Shown piece after piece: positions 38,117 through 48,256 of a DNA stretch of 64,000 bases. Under the pieces are notes generated by a model. It ran no database searches. It was given only the letters and a program-made list of their open reading frames with translations, and had not been told where the DNA came from. Every line of letters starts with the position of its first letter. Position 1 is the stretch's first letter. This DNA comes from Acidobacteriota bacterium (GTDB lineage Bacteria > Acidobacteriota > Vicinamibacteria > Vicinamibacterales > UBA2999), in contig JBFMCA010000004.1 in NCBI GenBank assembly GCA_040754955.1, positions 29,120 through 93,119 of the forward strand, in the 5' to 3' direction. The position numbers and the translations under genes are program-made.

Positions 38117-39355
38117 CTATACGACCTTCGGCGAGCCGGGCGCCCGCACCAGGATCTGCAGGTCGCCGACGTTGGTGTCGGTCGGGCCCGTGCGGACGAC
38201 GTCGCCGAGCGCCGACAGCCACGGGTAGGCATCGTTGTCATCGAGCGCGCGATCCGGCGGCGCGAGGCCGCGCGCGGCGGCGCGGGCGAGCGACGTCGAG
38301 TCCACCAGGGCCCCGGCCGCGTCGGTCACCCCGTCGATGCCGTCGGTGCCGACGCTTGCCGCCACCGCCAGCCCGGGTAGCGCCGCCAGCAGCGGCACCA
38401 GCGCGAGGCCGAACTCCTGGTTGCGGCCGCCGCGTCCGCCCCCGCGCACCTGCACCGTCGTCTCGCCTGACGAGATCACGCAGACGCGCGCCGCGCGGCC
38501 CGCCGACGCCAGCGCCTCGTCCAGCCAGGCCGGCGCCGTCCGCCTGGCCTCACCAGTCACCGGCGCGTCGCGCACGATCACCGTGTAGCCCAGCCGCCGC
38601 GCCTCGCGCGCCGCGCCCTCGCGTGCGTCGCGCGCGCTCCCGATGAGGTGGCCCTCGGCCCGCGCGAGGCCCCGGTCGCCGGGCTTCGGCGACTCGGGAC
38701 GCCGGCCCTCCAGGCCGGCCTGCACCGCTGCCCGTACCGCCGGCGGCACCTCGCCGGACGCGGTCCATCGCTCGAGCGCATCGCGCGCGTCGGCCCACGT
38801 CGAGGGGTCGGCGACGCCGGGTCCGGAACCGATGACGCTGAGGTCGTCGCCGACGACGTCGGAGATGGCCAGCGTGACGGCGGTGCCGGGGCACGCCGCG
38901 GCCAGACGGCCGCCCTTGATGGCCGACAGGTGCTTGCGCACGGCGTTGAGCGCGTGGATGTCCGCGCCGCCGCGGAGCAGCGCGCCGACCACCCGCTGCT
39001 TCTCGTCGAGTGTCACTCCCTCCGCAGGGAGAGCCAGGAGCGCAGAGGCGCCGCCCGAGAGGAGCACGAGCAGGATGCCGCCGGCCGGCACGGCGCGGGC
39101 CAGATCGAGCGCGCGTGCGGCGGCGGCAACGCTCCGGGCATCGGGCAGCGGGTGGCCGGCCTCCCTCCACTCCACGCGTGCGTCGAGCGGCCCCGATAGA
39201 TGCGTGCCCACCGCCAGCGCGGCGCGCGGCACGTGCCCGAGGGCCTCGGTGACGGCCGCCACCATGGCGCACGAGGCCTTGCCCGCGGCCACCACGGTCA
39301 GCGGGCCGCCGTGCAGGCGTTGGCGGAGAGACTCGGTCGAGAGGGCGCGGGCCAC
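38117..39355 (-). CDS. Glycerate 2-kinase / hydroxypyruvate reductase-like (DUF4147 + MOFRL)
   Basis: ..VVAAGKASCAMVAA..EAGHPLPD..LLSGGASALL..VRKHLSAIKGGRLA...SSGETTVQV..GGRNQEF..GTDGIDG. The start is uncertain: the protein-like sequence continues upstream of the GTG at 39355 without a canonical start codon. Confidence 0.8.
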   Translation of the reverse strand: MARALSTESLRQRLHGGPLTVVAAGKASCAMVAAVTEALGHVPRAALAVGTHLSGPLDARVEWREAGHPLPDARSVAAAARALDLARAVPAGGILLVLLSGGASALLALPAEGVTLDEKQRVVGALLRGGADIHALNAVRKHLSAIKGGRLAAACPGTAVTLAISDVVGDDLSVIGSGPGVADPSTWADARDALERWTASGEVPPAVRAAVQAGLEGRRPESPKPGDRGLARAEGHLIGSARDAREGAAREARRLGYTVIVRDAPVTGEARRTAPAWLDEALASAGRAARVCVISSGETTVQVRGGGRGGRNQEFGLALVPLLAALPGLAVAASVGTDGIDGVTDAAGALVDSTSLARAAARGLAPPDRALDDNDAYPWLSALGDVVRTGPTDTNVGDLQILVRAPGSPKVV

Positions 39356-39435
39356 GAGACGGCGGGCCGATGCCGCAGCAACGCCGGCCTCGGCAATCCG
39401 ACGCGCGTCGACGCGGAGCGCCGTGACAGTGAGGC

Positions 39436-39765
39436 TCAGTGGACGGGGTGTCCGTCGGACCAGCCGGCGAGCCTGGCGACGACGCCAAACTCCTTCAGCA
39501 GCCGCGCCACGACGAGATCGGCGCCTTCGGCTCTGGACAGCTTGTCGATCTCCGCGATCACCCGCACCAGCGCCGCTTCCACGGAATTGACCGCCTGCGG
39601 CGTGAACGCGTCGCGATGCGCCTGAAGGCAGCGGTGGAGGCGAATGAATTCCTGGCGGTAGAACTCGGCGATGGGACAGGCGGCGGTGATGGGGAATGAC
39701 GCGCGGGGCGACGGGACTTCTCGGTCAGTCAGGAAACGCTGCATACGGTTCCTTGGCCCAGACAT
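39436..39765 (-). CDS. Hypothetical protein (109 aa)
   Basis: It fills the gap between ftsX and the glycerate kinase on the same strand, and its composition looks helical and protein-like. I recognise no family. Confidence 0.45.
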   Translation of the reverse strand: MSGPRNRMQRFLTDREVPSPRASFPITAACPIAEFYRQEFIRLHRCLQAHRDAFTPQAVNSVEAALVRVIAEIDKLSRAEGADLVVARLLKEFGVVARLAGWSDGHPVH

Positions 39766-39820
39766 CCGCGATACCCTCAGTGTAGGAAGGAACGCCGGGC
39801 CCTGTCAACGGACAGGAGCG

Positions 39821-40714
39821 TCACCGGCCTCGCGCCGCCCGCGACGCCAGCGCCCCCGCCAGCAGCCCAACGGTCAAACCCGCGCCCACCATGCCCGCCG
39901 CCTCGCGGGCGTCCAGGAACCGCAGCTCCCCCGCGCCAAGGAAGCCGGCGAAATCGCTGCCGAACCGCCCCTCGACGATCGCGAACACCCCCGCCAGCAC
40001 CGCCAGCGCCACCACGCTCCCGGCCAGGCCCTGCAACGCCCCCTCGGCGACGAACGGGCCGCGAATCATCGTGAACGGCGCGCCGACCAGCCGCATGATC
40101 TCCAGCTCGTCCTGCCGCGCCGCAAGCGACAGCCGCACCACGGCCGCTACCGTGAACGCGGCGCCCGCCACCAGGATGCCCGCGACGAGCAGGCCGACGA
40201 TCTGCGCCGCCGTCACCGCGGCCATCACCCGGCTCAGCCACCGCCGGTCGTACTGCACGTCCGCCACGCCGTCGCGCTCGGCCAGGCTGGCCGCCAGCGC
40301 GTCGGCGGCTCCCGCGGCCACCGGGTCGGTCCGCAGCCGCACCTCGAAGGAGGCGGGGAACGGATTCCCGTCGAGCGTCGCGGGTACGTCCGCCAGCTCA
40401 GGGAAATCCGCGGAGAAGCGCTGGAGGGCCTGCTCCTTCGAGACGAACTCCACGGCCACCACGGCGGCGTGCTCCCGGAGCGTGGCCTCGAGGGCCGCGC
40501 GGTCGTCCTCGGCAATCTCGTCGGCCAGGTAGACCGAGAGTTCGGCAGCTTCGGCCCACCGCGCCACCACCCGCTGCAGGTTGGCCGAAACGAGCAGAAA
40601 CCCGCCCAGCGTGAGGAACGCGATCGCAATCGTTCCCATCGACATCAGCGCCGAGCGGCCGCGGCGTCCGAGGCTCCTGAGCGCCTCATCGAGCGCGTAG
40701 CGGAGCGTCGTCAT
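39821..40714 (-). CDS. ftsX: Cell-division ABC permease-like protein FtsX
   Basis: The ATG at 40714 overlaps the ftsE stop (ATGA). The product has MTTLRYALDEALRSLGRRGRSALMSMGTIAIAFLTLGGF.., a periplasmic domain and a C-terminal FtsX 3-TM module. Confidence 0.88.
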   Translation of the reverse strand: MTTLRYALDEALRSLGRRGRSALMSMGTIAIAFLTLGGFLLVSANLQRVVARWAEAAELSVYLADEIAEDDRAALEATLREHAAVVAVEFVSKEQALQRFSADFPELADVPATLDGNPFPASFEVRLRTDPVAAGAADALAASLAERDGVADVQYDRRWLSRVMAAVTAAQIVGLLVAGILVAGAAFTVAAVVRLSLAARQDELEIMRLVGAPFTMIRGPFVAEGALQGLAGSVVALAVLAGVFAIVEGRFGSDFAGFLGAGELRFLDAREAAGMVGAGLTVGLLAGALASRAARGR

Positions 40715-41370
40715 GCGGGCCCCACCACCCGCCCGTGCTCGAGCTGCACCACGCGGCGCCCCACCCACTTGATGAGCTCGCGATCGTGGGTGGCCACGAG
40801 CACCGTGGTGCCGGCGGCGTTCATGTCGCGAAAGAGATTCATGATCTCGAGCGACAGGTCCGGATCGAGGTTGCCCGTGGGTTCGTCGGCCAGCACGAGT
40901 TGCGGCTCGTTGGCCAGTGCCCGGGCGATGGCCACGCGCTGCTGCTCGCCCCCTGACAGGTCCATCGGGTAGGCGTTGAGGCGATGCTGAAGCCCCACCC
41001 ACTTGAGGACCTGGTAGGTGCGGCGCCGCTGCTGGTCGAGCGGCGCGCCGACCACGCGCAGCGCGAAGGCGACGTTCTCGAACACCGTCTTGCCGGGGAT
41101 GAGCTTGAAGTCCTGGAAGACGAACCCGATGGTTCGACGATAGGCCTGGACCTGGCGCGCCGACAGGCGGGCGATGTTCCGGCCGTTGACGATGATGTGG
41201 CCCTCGGTGGCCGGCTCCTGCAGGAGCAGCAGCCTGAGCAGCGTGCTCTTGCCGGCGCCGCTCGGCCCCGTCAGGAAGACGAACTCGCCGCGCTCGACCA
41301 TCAGGTTGAGGTCGCGCAGCGCGTAGATGCCCCGCGCGTAGGCCTTGCTCAGCCCGTGGGTTTCGATCAC
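40711..41370 (-). CDS. ftsE: Cell-division ATP-binding protein FtsE
   Basis: Walker A GPSGAGKST, signature LSGGEQQRVAIARAL, Walker B LVLADEPTGNLD. Paired with ftsX. Confidence 0.92.
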   Translation of the reverse strand: MIETHGLSKAYARGIYALRDLNLMVERGEFVFLTGPSGAGKSTLLRLLLLQEPATEGHIIVNGRNIARLSARQVQAYRRTIGFVFQDFKLIPGKTVFENVAFALRVVGAPLDQQRRRTYQVLKWVGLQHRLNAYPMDLSGGEQQRVAIARALANEPQLVLADEPTGNLDPDLSLEIMNLFRDMNAAGTTVLVATHDRELIKWVGRRVVQLEHGRVVGPA

Positions 41371-43763
41371 CGCCGGTAGTCTACAAGGTTCGCCCGCACA
41401 CGGCCGAATCCCGCCTCGACCACCAGCGCCACGGGCACCCGGCGATCGTCGTCGCTCAGCCAGACCCGCATCGTGAGCGGCTGGCGTCGTTCGATCCGGC
41501 GGGTCAGGCGGGCGTCGACCCGCAGCGCGGGCGTCTGACGTCCGTCCGCGCCGGCGCGCTCGACATCGCCGGCGCTCAGATGCAGCGTCGAGCCGCGCCC
41601 GCCCTCGTTGAGCGGCAGCACCAGCACGTCCCCCGGGCCGAGCGCCATCGCGCGGGCGTAGTACAGCGCTGTGACGGCGTCACGCGCGCCCGGCGCCAGC
41701 GGCAGGCTCAGGGCGTCGGCCGCCGAGGCCTCGTCCAGGTCGACGCCCATCCGAACCAGGCGGGCTGCGGCGTCGAAGACGTAGGTACGATCCACCACGC
41801 GGCGTCCCTCGCGCAGCCATCGGGTGTGCACGAGCGGCGCCAGATCCGGTCCAGCCACGGTGAGAAACCGGTCGTTCGCCTCGAAGAAGGTCTCGACCCA
41901 GTCGGCCGTGCGGGCGGTCACCTCGAACGCCCACCGCGCGTCCGGCCGGCGCCCGCCCGGCTCGCCCTGCACGTCGATCACGCGCAGGGTCGCCGTGCCG
42001 GCCGGGACGTCCAGGGGACCGCCCTCCCAGAGCACGTCGTAGGTGGCCGTTTCACCAACCGCGAACGGCACGTCCGGTGGCGGCGCCGGCGGCGCCGGCG
42101 CATCGGCCAGCAGGGCCGCCTCGGCCTCGGGCGTCCAGCGCACTTCGTAGATGTGCCCGCCGTCGAGCGCCGCGCGCTCGACCAGCGGCGACGCCGCCTC
42201 GCCCGCGCCCGGCAGCGGGTCGTTGCTGACGACGAACCGGACGTCCAGCTCCTTCAGCGTCGCGTACGCGTCGGGAGACGGCAGGCCGGCGAGCGATTCG
42301 ACCACGGCCGTGAAGAAGGCGGGGCGCTGCCCGCTGTACCCGTTGACGAGCGGGCGCCAGTGCTCGAGCGACTGCACCATGGCCGGCGTGTTCCCCACGT
42401 CCATATCGAGCGGCAGGTGCACCACGGCGCCCGGCTCCGGCGCCTGCCGGAGCCACTGCCCTACCGGCGTCGTCCGCGGCGGGGCCTCGACGAGCGCCAG
42501 CGGCGCGTTGACGTATTCGGCCGCCAGCACGCCGATGACGACGATACCCGCCAGGCGGCCGCGCCGGCTGTCGGGCAGCCCCCGCAGTGCGAAGCCGGCC
42601 AGCACACAGGCGCCTGCGACGGCCACGACGGCAAACCTCGCCGGCGCACGGATGGCCTGGAAGCCGAACACCGCATCGTACAGCGCGGCGTACACGAACC
42701 GGACGCCCTCGGGCCCCGCTGACAGGACGATACCCGTCGCGATGAGGGCCGCCGACGCCGCGACCGCTGGTCGCGCGCCGTCGCGCCACCCGCGCCAGGC
42801 GCCGGCCGCGGTCAGAACCAGCAGCACGAGGCCGGGAAACATCTGATGCTCGACGCCGCTCCTGTCGCGGCTGCCCGCCGCCGGGGGGCGCGGCGACAGC
42901 AGGCCCGTCCGACCGTAGAGCAGGTTCGACGGCGGCACTTGCGTGTAGCTGGCAACGCCGGCGGCATGGTTCGCGGCCTCGTAGAGGTTCCGGCCGAAGC
43001 CCTCCCCCGCCCCGCTGCGCAGGTAGGGCGGTAGCACTGGCGCCACCACCAGCAGGCCGACGACGCCGGCGAGCGCCAGGCCCCCGATGAGGCGCCGGCT
43101 GCGCCACTGCCCCGTCGTCACCGCCAGGACGGTGCCGGCGACGATGAGGGTCACGGCCGTCATCACACCGTAGTACACGGACACGACGGCCTGCAGGCCC
43201 GCAGCCACCCCGAGGGCCACGGCATCGCGCCGGCGCCCGGCCGCCGCAACGCGATGCAGCGCGAGGAGCGCCAGCGGCAGCAGGAAGAGGGCCTGGAGCT
43301 GGATGTGCAGCAGATGGGCTGTGCGGTACGGCCAGCAGGCCCACGCCAGCCCCGCCGCGTACGCCCCCCACGGCGAGCCACTGACGCCCTGCACCAGCGC
43401 GTGCATCGCGAGGCCGCTCAGGGCGATCGACAGCAGCAGCACGACGTTGTAGCCGAGCACGGCGTCGCCGGTGACGGCGTAGAGGGGCGCGACAACCAGC
43501 GCCTGGACGAGCTGATGATCGGAGTAGGTCAGCGTGCCCGGGGCCGGATGGAAGATGTTGGCGTCGAATGCGCGCCCCGTCAGGGCACCGAAGGGGTCGG
43601 TCACCCACGCGTGCATGCCCCAGCCGAGCGCCCAGAGGTTCAGATACGGATCGCCAGGCCCGACCGGCGCGCCCAGGTGGCTGGTAAGCGAAATCGCGAG
43701 GGGCCAGGTGAGCGCGACGGCCGCGAGGGCGTACACCGCTGCCGGCACCGCCCAGCGCCGCAC
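41367..43763 (-). CDS. Large polytopic membrane protein (GT-C/YfhO-like N-terminal region) with a DUF3108-like C-terminal domain
   Basis: About 10 or more hydrophobic helices lie in the first roughly 450 aa. The C-terminal soluble part (..ETATYDVLWEGGPLDVPAGTATLRV..WAFEVTARTADWVETFFEANDRF..) resembles DUF3108 as far as I recall. The function is unknown. Confidence 0.55.
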   Translation of the reverse strand: MRRWAVPAAVYALAAVALTWPLAISLTSHLGAPVGPGDPYLNLWALGWGMHAWVTDPFGALTGRAFDANIFHPAPGTLTYSDHQLVQALVVAPLYAVTGDAVLGYNVVLLLSIALSGLAMHALVQGVSGSPWGAYAAGLAWACWPYRTAHLLHIQLQALFLLPLALLALHRVAAAGRRRDAVALGVAAGLQAVVSVYYGVMTAVTLIVAGTVLAVTTGQWRSRRLIGGLALAGVVGLLVVAPVLPPYLRSGAGEGFGRNLYEAANHAAGVASYTQVPPSNLLYGRTGLLSPRPPAAGSRDRSGVEHQMFPGLVLLVLTAAGAWRGWRDGARPAVAASAALIATGIVLSAGPEGVRFVYAALYDAVFGFQAIRAPARFAVVAVAGACVLAGFALRGLPDSRRGRLAGIVVIGVLAAEYVNAPLALVEAPPRTTPVGQWLRQAPEPGAVVHLPLDMDVGNTPAMVQSLEHWRPLVNGYSGQRPAFFTAVVESLAGLPSPDAYATLKELDVRFVVSNDPLPGAGEAASPLVERAALDGGHIYEVRWTPEAEAALLADAPAPPAPPPDVPFAVGETATYDVLWEGGPLDVPAGTATLRVIDVQGEPGGRRPDARWAFEVTARTADWVETFFEANDRFLTVAGPDLAPLVHTRWLREGRRVVDRTYVFDAAARLVRMGVDLDEASAADALSLPLAPGARDAVTALYYARAMALGPGDVLVLPLNEGGRGSTLHLSAGDVERAGADGRQTPALRVDARLTRRIERRQPLTMRVWLSDDDRRVPVALVVEAGFGRVRANLVDYRR

Positions 43764-43764
43764 G

Positions 43765-45201
43765 TCAGCGCTCGAGAGCTGCGCGAAGCAGCTCGTTCAC
43801 GACCTTGGGGTTGGCGCGGCCCTGCGACGCCTTCATGACCTGGCCCACCAGGAACCCGAACGCGTTGGTGCGGCCCTTGCGAATCTGCTCGATGGCGTCG
43901 GGGTTGGCGGCAACGACCTCGCGCACGAGGGCGTCGAGCGCGGCGGCGTCGCTCGTCTGGGCCAGCCCCTCGGCCTCGACGATGGCGTCGGCAGTCCGCC
44001 CGTCAGCCAGCATCTTCGCGAACACGTCCTTGGCAATCGTGCTGCTGATGGTGCCGGCGTCAACGAGCGCGATGAGGCCGGCGAGCCGACCGGCCGGGAG
44101 CGGGATCTCGTCAGGGCCCAGCTCGCGCTCCTTCAGCGTGCGCAGCAGCTCGCCCATGATCCAGTTGCTGGCGGCCTTCGGGTTGCGGGAGGCGCGCGCG
44201 GTCTGCTCGAAGTAATCCGCCAGGGCGCGGTGCTCGGTGAGGAGCGCGGCGTCGTACGCGGGCACGCCGTACTCCCGGACCAGCCGCGCGCGCCGCGCCT
44301 CGGGCAGCTCGGGCAGCGCCGCCTGGAGGCGATCGCGCCGGGCCGCGTCGACCACAACGGGCGGCAGGTCCGGCTCCGGGAAGTAGCGGTAGTCGTGCGC
44401 CTCTTCCTTGCTGCGCATCGAGTAGGTCCGGCCCTGGGCGGCGTCGAAGAGCCGCGTCTCCTGCACGACGCGGCCGCCGTGCTCGATGACGTCGCTCTGG
44501 CGCGCGATCTCGTACTCGAGCGCCTTCTGGAGATAGCGGAACGAGTTGACGTTCTTGACCTCGGCCTTCGTCCCGAGCGTGCTCGAGCCCGCCGGGCGCA
44601 CCGACACGTTGGCGTCGCACCGCAGGCTCCCCTCCTCCATGTTGCCGTCGTTCACGCCCAGCCAGACGAGCAGCTGCCGGAGCTTCTCGAAGAAAGCGGC
44701 GGCTTCGGCGGCCGATCGCAGGTCGGGCTCGGTCACGATCTCGATCAGGGGCACGCCGGCCCGGTTGAAGTCGAGGTACGTCCGGCGATCGGAGTCGGCG
44801 AAGCCCTCGTGGAGCGACTTGCCCGCGTCTTCCTCGAGGTGTATGCGCGTGAGCCGCACGTGGGTGGTGCGGCCGTCGACCTCCACGTCGACACCGCCGC
44901 CCGTCGCGAGCGGGTGCTCGTACTGGGAAATCTGATAGCCCTTGGGAAGGTCGGGATAGAAGTAGTTCTTCCGCGCGAAGACCGAGCGCGCGTGTACCGC
45001 GCATCCGAGCGCCAGCGCCGCGGTGACCGCATGGTCTACCGCCGCGCCGTTCAGCACCGGCAGCGCGCCCGGCAGGCCGAGGCAGACCGGGCACACGTGG
45101 GTGTTCGGCGGGGCGCCGAAGCTCGTCGGACACCCGCAGAACAGCTTCGTCCGTGTCAGGAGCTGGCAGTGGATCTCGAGGCCGATGACGGGTTCAAACA
45201 T
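43765..45201 (-). CDS. gatB: Asp/Glu-tRNA amidotransferase subunit B
   Basis: MFEPVIGLEIHCQLLTRTKLFCGCPTSFGAPPNTHVCPVCLGLPGALPVLN... and the C-terminal GatB/YqeY domain. Confidence 0.95.
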   Translation of the reverse strand: MFEPVIGLEIHCQLLTRTKLFCGCPTSFGAPPNTHVCPVCLGLPGALPVLNGAAVDHAVTAALALGCAVHARSVFARKNYFYPDLPKGYQISQYEHPLATGGGVDVEVDGRTTHVRLTRIHLEEDAGKSLHEGFADSDRRTYLDFNRAGVPLIEIVTEPDLRSAAEAAAFFEKLRQLLVWLGVNDGNMEEGSLRCDANVSVRPAGSSTLGTKAEVKNVNSFRYLQKALEYEIARQSDVIEHGGRVVQETRLFDAAQGRTYSMRSKEEAHDYRYFPEPDLPPVVVDAARRDRLQAALPELPEARRARLVREYGVPAYDAALLTEHRALADYFEQTARASRNPKAASNWIMGELLRTLKERELGPDEIPLPAGRLAGLIALVDAGTISSTIAKDVFAKMLADGRTADAIVEAEGLAQTSDAAALDALVREVVAANPDAIEQIRKGRTNAFGFLVGQVMKASQGRANPKVVNELLRAALER

Positions 45202-45234
45202 GCGCGCGCCTGCCGGACCCGGGCCGCCCGCTCC

Positions 45235-46833
45235 TCAGCGGACCGGGCCGGCCTCAATCACCTGCGGCTCCACGTCCCGCTCGAACGCCTTGAAGTTCTC
45301 GATGAACATGGCGGCCAGCTTGCGCGCCTGCGCGTCGTACGCGACAGGATCGGCCCACGTGCTCCGGGGATCGAGCACGCCCGGCGGCACGTCGGGACAC
45401 GTCACCGGCATGTCGACATTGAAGATCGGGTGCCGCTGGTAGCCCACGTCGTCGAGCCGGCCTGACAACGCGGCGCGAATCATCGCGCGCGTGTACGCAA
45501 TCTTCATCCGTGCGCCGACGCCGTACGGGCCGCCCGTCCAGCCCGTGTTGACGAGCCACACGCGGGCGTCGTGGCGGGCGATGCGCTCGCCGAGACCCTT
45601 GGCATACACGTTCGGGTTGAGCGGCAGGAACGGCGCCCCGAAGCAGGTGCTGAAGGTCGCCTTCGGCTCGGTCACGCCCTTCTCGGTCCCGGCCACCTTG
45701 GCGGTATAGCCCGACAGGTAGTGATACATCGCCCCTTCCGGCGAGAGCCGCGCAATCGGCGGCAGCACGCCGTAGGCATCGGCGGTGAGCATCACGATGT
45801 TGCGCGGGTGGCCGCCCATGCCCGAGGCGACGGCGTTGTCGATGAACTCGATGGGGTACGCGCCCCGGGTGTTCTCGGTCACCGAGGCGTCGTCGAGGTC
45901 GAGCTCGCGGCTGCGGGGGTCGAGCGTGACGTTCTCCAGAATCGTGCCGAAGCGACGCGTCGTGGCGTAGATCTGCGGCTCGGCCTCCGCCGAGAGGCGG
46001 ATCATCTTCGCGTAGCAGCCCCCCTCGAAGTTGAAGATGCCGCGGTCGCTCCAGCCGTGCTCGTCGTCGCCGATGAGCTGCCGATCCGGATCGCTCGACA
46101 GCGTCGTCTTGCCCGTGCCCGACAGGCCGAAGAAGAGCGCCGTGTCGCCGTCGGGGCCGATGTTGGCCGAGCAGTGCATGGCCAGGACGCCCTTGAGCGG
46201 CAGCAGGTAGTTGAGGACCGTGAAGATGGACTTCTTGTTCTCGCCCGCGTAGCTCGTGCCCGCAATGAGGACCTCACGCGCGCCCAGGTTGAGCGCGATG
46301 ACCACCTCCGAGCGCGTGCCGTGGCGCGACGGATCGGCCTTGAAGCCGGGCGCGGTGATGACGGTGAATTGCGGCGTGAAGCCGCCGAGGTCGTCGTCGG
46401 GCGGCACGATGAAGAGGTTGCGGACGAAGATGTTGTGCCAGGCATACTCCTGGATGAACCGGACCGGCAGCCGGTACACGGGGTCGGCGCCGGCGTAGAG
46501 GTCCTGCACGAAGAGGTCCCGCGACGCGAGGTGCGCCACCATGTCCGCCTTGAGCGCCGCGAAGTGCGCCGGCGTGATCGGACGGTTCACGGTGCCCCAC
46601 CAGATGTTGCCGTCGCTCGACGGCTCCTGCACGACGAACTTGTCGTTCGGCGAGCGGCCGGTATGCGCGCCGGTCCGGCAAACCAGCGGGCCATGAGCCG
46701 CGATGGCGCCTTCCCCGCGCCGCACCGCGTGCTCGTACAGGATCGGCGCGTTCAGATTCCAATGAACCTGCTCGGACGTGCGGACCCCGTGCGCCTCGAG
46801 CCCGGTGGCCCGCCCCGCCTGAATGATGCTCAT
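45235..46833 (-). CDS. pckA: Phosphoenolpyruvate carboxykinase (ATP)
   Basis: The ATG at 46833 gives [62 protein letters not shown]. Confidence 0.95.
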   Translation of the reverse strand: MSIIQAGRATGLEAHGVRTSEQVHWNLNAPILYEHAVRRGEGAIAAHGPLVCRTGAHTGRSPNDKFVVQEPSSDGNIWWGTVNRPITPAHFAALKADMVAHLASRDLFVQDLYAGADPVYRLPVRFIQEYAWHNIFVRNLFIVPPDDDLGGFTPQFTVITAPGFKADPSRHGTRSEVVIALNLGAREVLIAGTSYAGENKKSIFTVLNYLLPLKGVLAMHCSANIGPDGDTALFFGLSGTGKTTLSSDPDRQLIGDDEHGWSDRGIFNFEGGCYAKMIRLSAEAEPQIYATTRRFGTILENVTLDPRSRELDLDDASVTENTRGAYPIEFIDNAVASGMGGHPRNIVMLTADAYGVLPPIARLSPEGAMYHYLSGYTAKVAGTEKGVTEPKATFSTCFGAPFLPLNPNVYAKGLGERIARHDARVWLVNTGWTGGPYGVGARMKIAYTRAMIRAALSGRLDDVGYQRHPIFNVDMPVTCPDVPPGVLDPRSTWADPVAYDAQARKLAAMFIENFKAFERDVEPQVIEAGPVR

Positions 46834-47012
46834 GTATGACTCCCTCGACCGGCCCCGCCGGCCGCCCCCGCCGGGCAATGACGGCGCCCGCGCGGCGAAC
46901 CCTAAGCCGAAGATCGTACAGACTGGGATCGCGCTAAGTCAACAGCCTGAGCGGGGTTGAGGCGATCCTGCTACAATCCGGGTAAACGGTCGCCGGCTGC
47001 GACCCGTAACCC

Positions 47013-47645
47013 ATGAGAGGACGACCCATCGCGGACGCTGCGCGACGCGACGCGCGCACGGTGTCACCCGCCTCCCAGGTGGCGGCGGCCGTGCAGGCGC
47101 TCGTCGCCCAGGGCGCCCGGGACGAGGCGCGCGAGCGCTTCGGCGATCTGGTCGCCCTGCTGCAGCGGCGGGCCCTGCGCATCGCGTACCAGTACCTGCG
47201 CGACACCATGGACGCCGACGAGGCCGTGCAGGACGCCTTCGTCAAGGTGTTCCTGCACATCGATCGCTACCGGCCGGAGCTGCCGTTCGACGTCTGGTTC
47301 ACCCGGATTCTGGTGAACGCCTGCCTCGACCGGCTGAAGAGTCGGGCGCGGCAGCAGCGGTGGCTGGCGGCGGCCGACGACGAGCACGAGTCGGCCATCG
47401 AGCAGGTGGCGGCCGAGGGCGCCTCGAGCGAGCAGCGCGTGATCGCGCGCGAGCGCTGGCGCGAGGTGGCGCGGGCCGTGTCGGCCCTGCCCGAGCGCCA
47501 ACGGCTGGTGTTCACGCTGAGCCACGTCGGCGAGCAGTCGGCAGCCGAGATCAGCGAGGCCACAGGCATGAGCCCCGCCACCGTGCGGGTCCACCTGTTC
47601 CGCGCGGTGCGCAAGTTGCGGAAACTGCTGGGAGTCGCCGAATGA
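47013..47645 (+). CDS. ECF-type RNA polymerase sigma factor (second copy)
   Basis: ..RALRIAYQYLRDTMDADEAVQDAFVKVFLHIDRY..FDVWFTRILVNACLDRLK.. (region 2) and ..LPERQRLVFTLSHVGEQSAAEISEATGMSPATVRVHLFRAVRKLR (region 4). Confidence 0.88.
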   Translation: MRGRPIADAARRDARTVSPASQVAAAVQALVAQGARDEARERFGDLVALLQRRALRIAYQYLRDTMDADEAVQDAFVKVFLHIDRYRPELPFDVWFTRILVNACLDRLKSRARQQRWLAAADDEHESAIEQVAAEGASSEQRVIARERWREVARAVSALPERQRLVFTLSHVGEQSAAEISEATGMSPATVRVHLFRAVRKLRKLLGVAE

Positions 47646-48256
47646 CCCGACCGAAAGACGCCCACGTGCCGGCCGAACGCCTCGCGGTGCTGGCGCTCGC
47701 GCCGGCGTCCGGGCCGCTCACCGACGAGGACCACGCGGTCGTGGAGCACGTCGCCGCGTGCGCCGCCTGCGAGGCGCGCCTGGCGGGCCTCACGCGGACG
47801 CTCGACGACCTGCGGGACGAGGCCGCGGCCGACGCCGACGCCCGCTTCCCGGAGGCCACCCTGGCCGAGCAGCGCCGGCGGGTGCTCGATCGGCTCGCCC
47901 ACCTGGGCCGCGCCGCCCGCGTCCTCGCCTTCCCGGCCGCGCGCCCGGCCTCGACGATGGCCGCGGCGCCCCCGGGCCGCCGCTGGATCACCGTCGCGGC
48001 GGCCGCCGGGCTCATCATCGGCCTGGTGGTCGGTCAGACGCTGCACTTCCTGCCCGGAGACGTCGTCACGCGCCGCCGCGCGCCCGCTCCAGAGCCCGTC
48101 GAGCGCACGATCGCCCCGGCTATCGTCCACACGGCCGCCACGCGGCCGCTGACCGACGACGAGCTGCTGCGTGCCATCGACGAGGCCATCGAGCTTCGCG
48201 CCGGCGAGCTGCGGGCGCTCGACGAGTTGACGCCGCGGCTCACCGAGATTCCCTGA
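47642..48256 (+). CDS. ZAS-type (HxxxCxxC) single-pass anti-sigma factor
   Basis: The ATG overlaps the sigma stop (ATGA). The product contains HVAACAAC and a TM helix WITVAAAAGLIIGLVVGQTL. Its position directly after an ECF sigma gene supports the call. Confidence 0.65.
   Translation: MTRPKDAHVPAERLAVLALAPASGPLTDEDHAVVEHVAACAACEARLAGLTRTLDDLRDEAAADADARFPEATLAEQRRRVLDRLAHLGRAARVLAFPAARPASTMAAAPPGRRWITVAAAAGLIIGLVVGQTLHFLPGDVVTRRRAPAPEPVERTIAPAIVHTAATRPLTDDELLRAIDEAIELRAGELRALDELTPRLTEIP

Noticed and set aside
46834-47012. Looked for a sigma70 promoter using the TACAAT at about 46969-46974 upstream of the second ECF sigma gene.
   Set aside because: The only TTGA-like -35 candidate (TTGAGG) lies 9 nt from the TACAAT, which is too close. 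The AAC-N17-CGTA ECF-type motif nearer the ATG is noted elsewhere, but it is weak.
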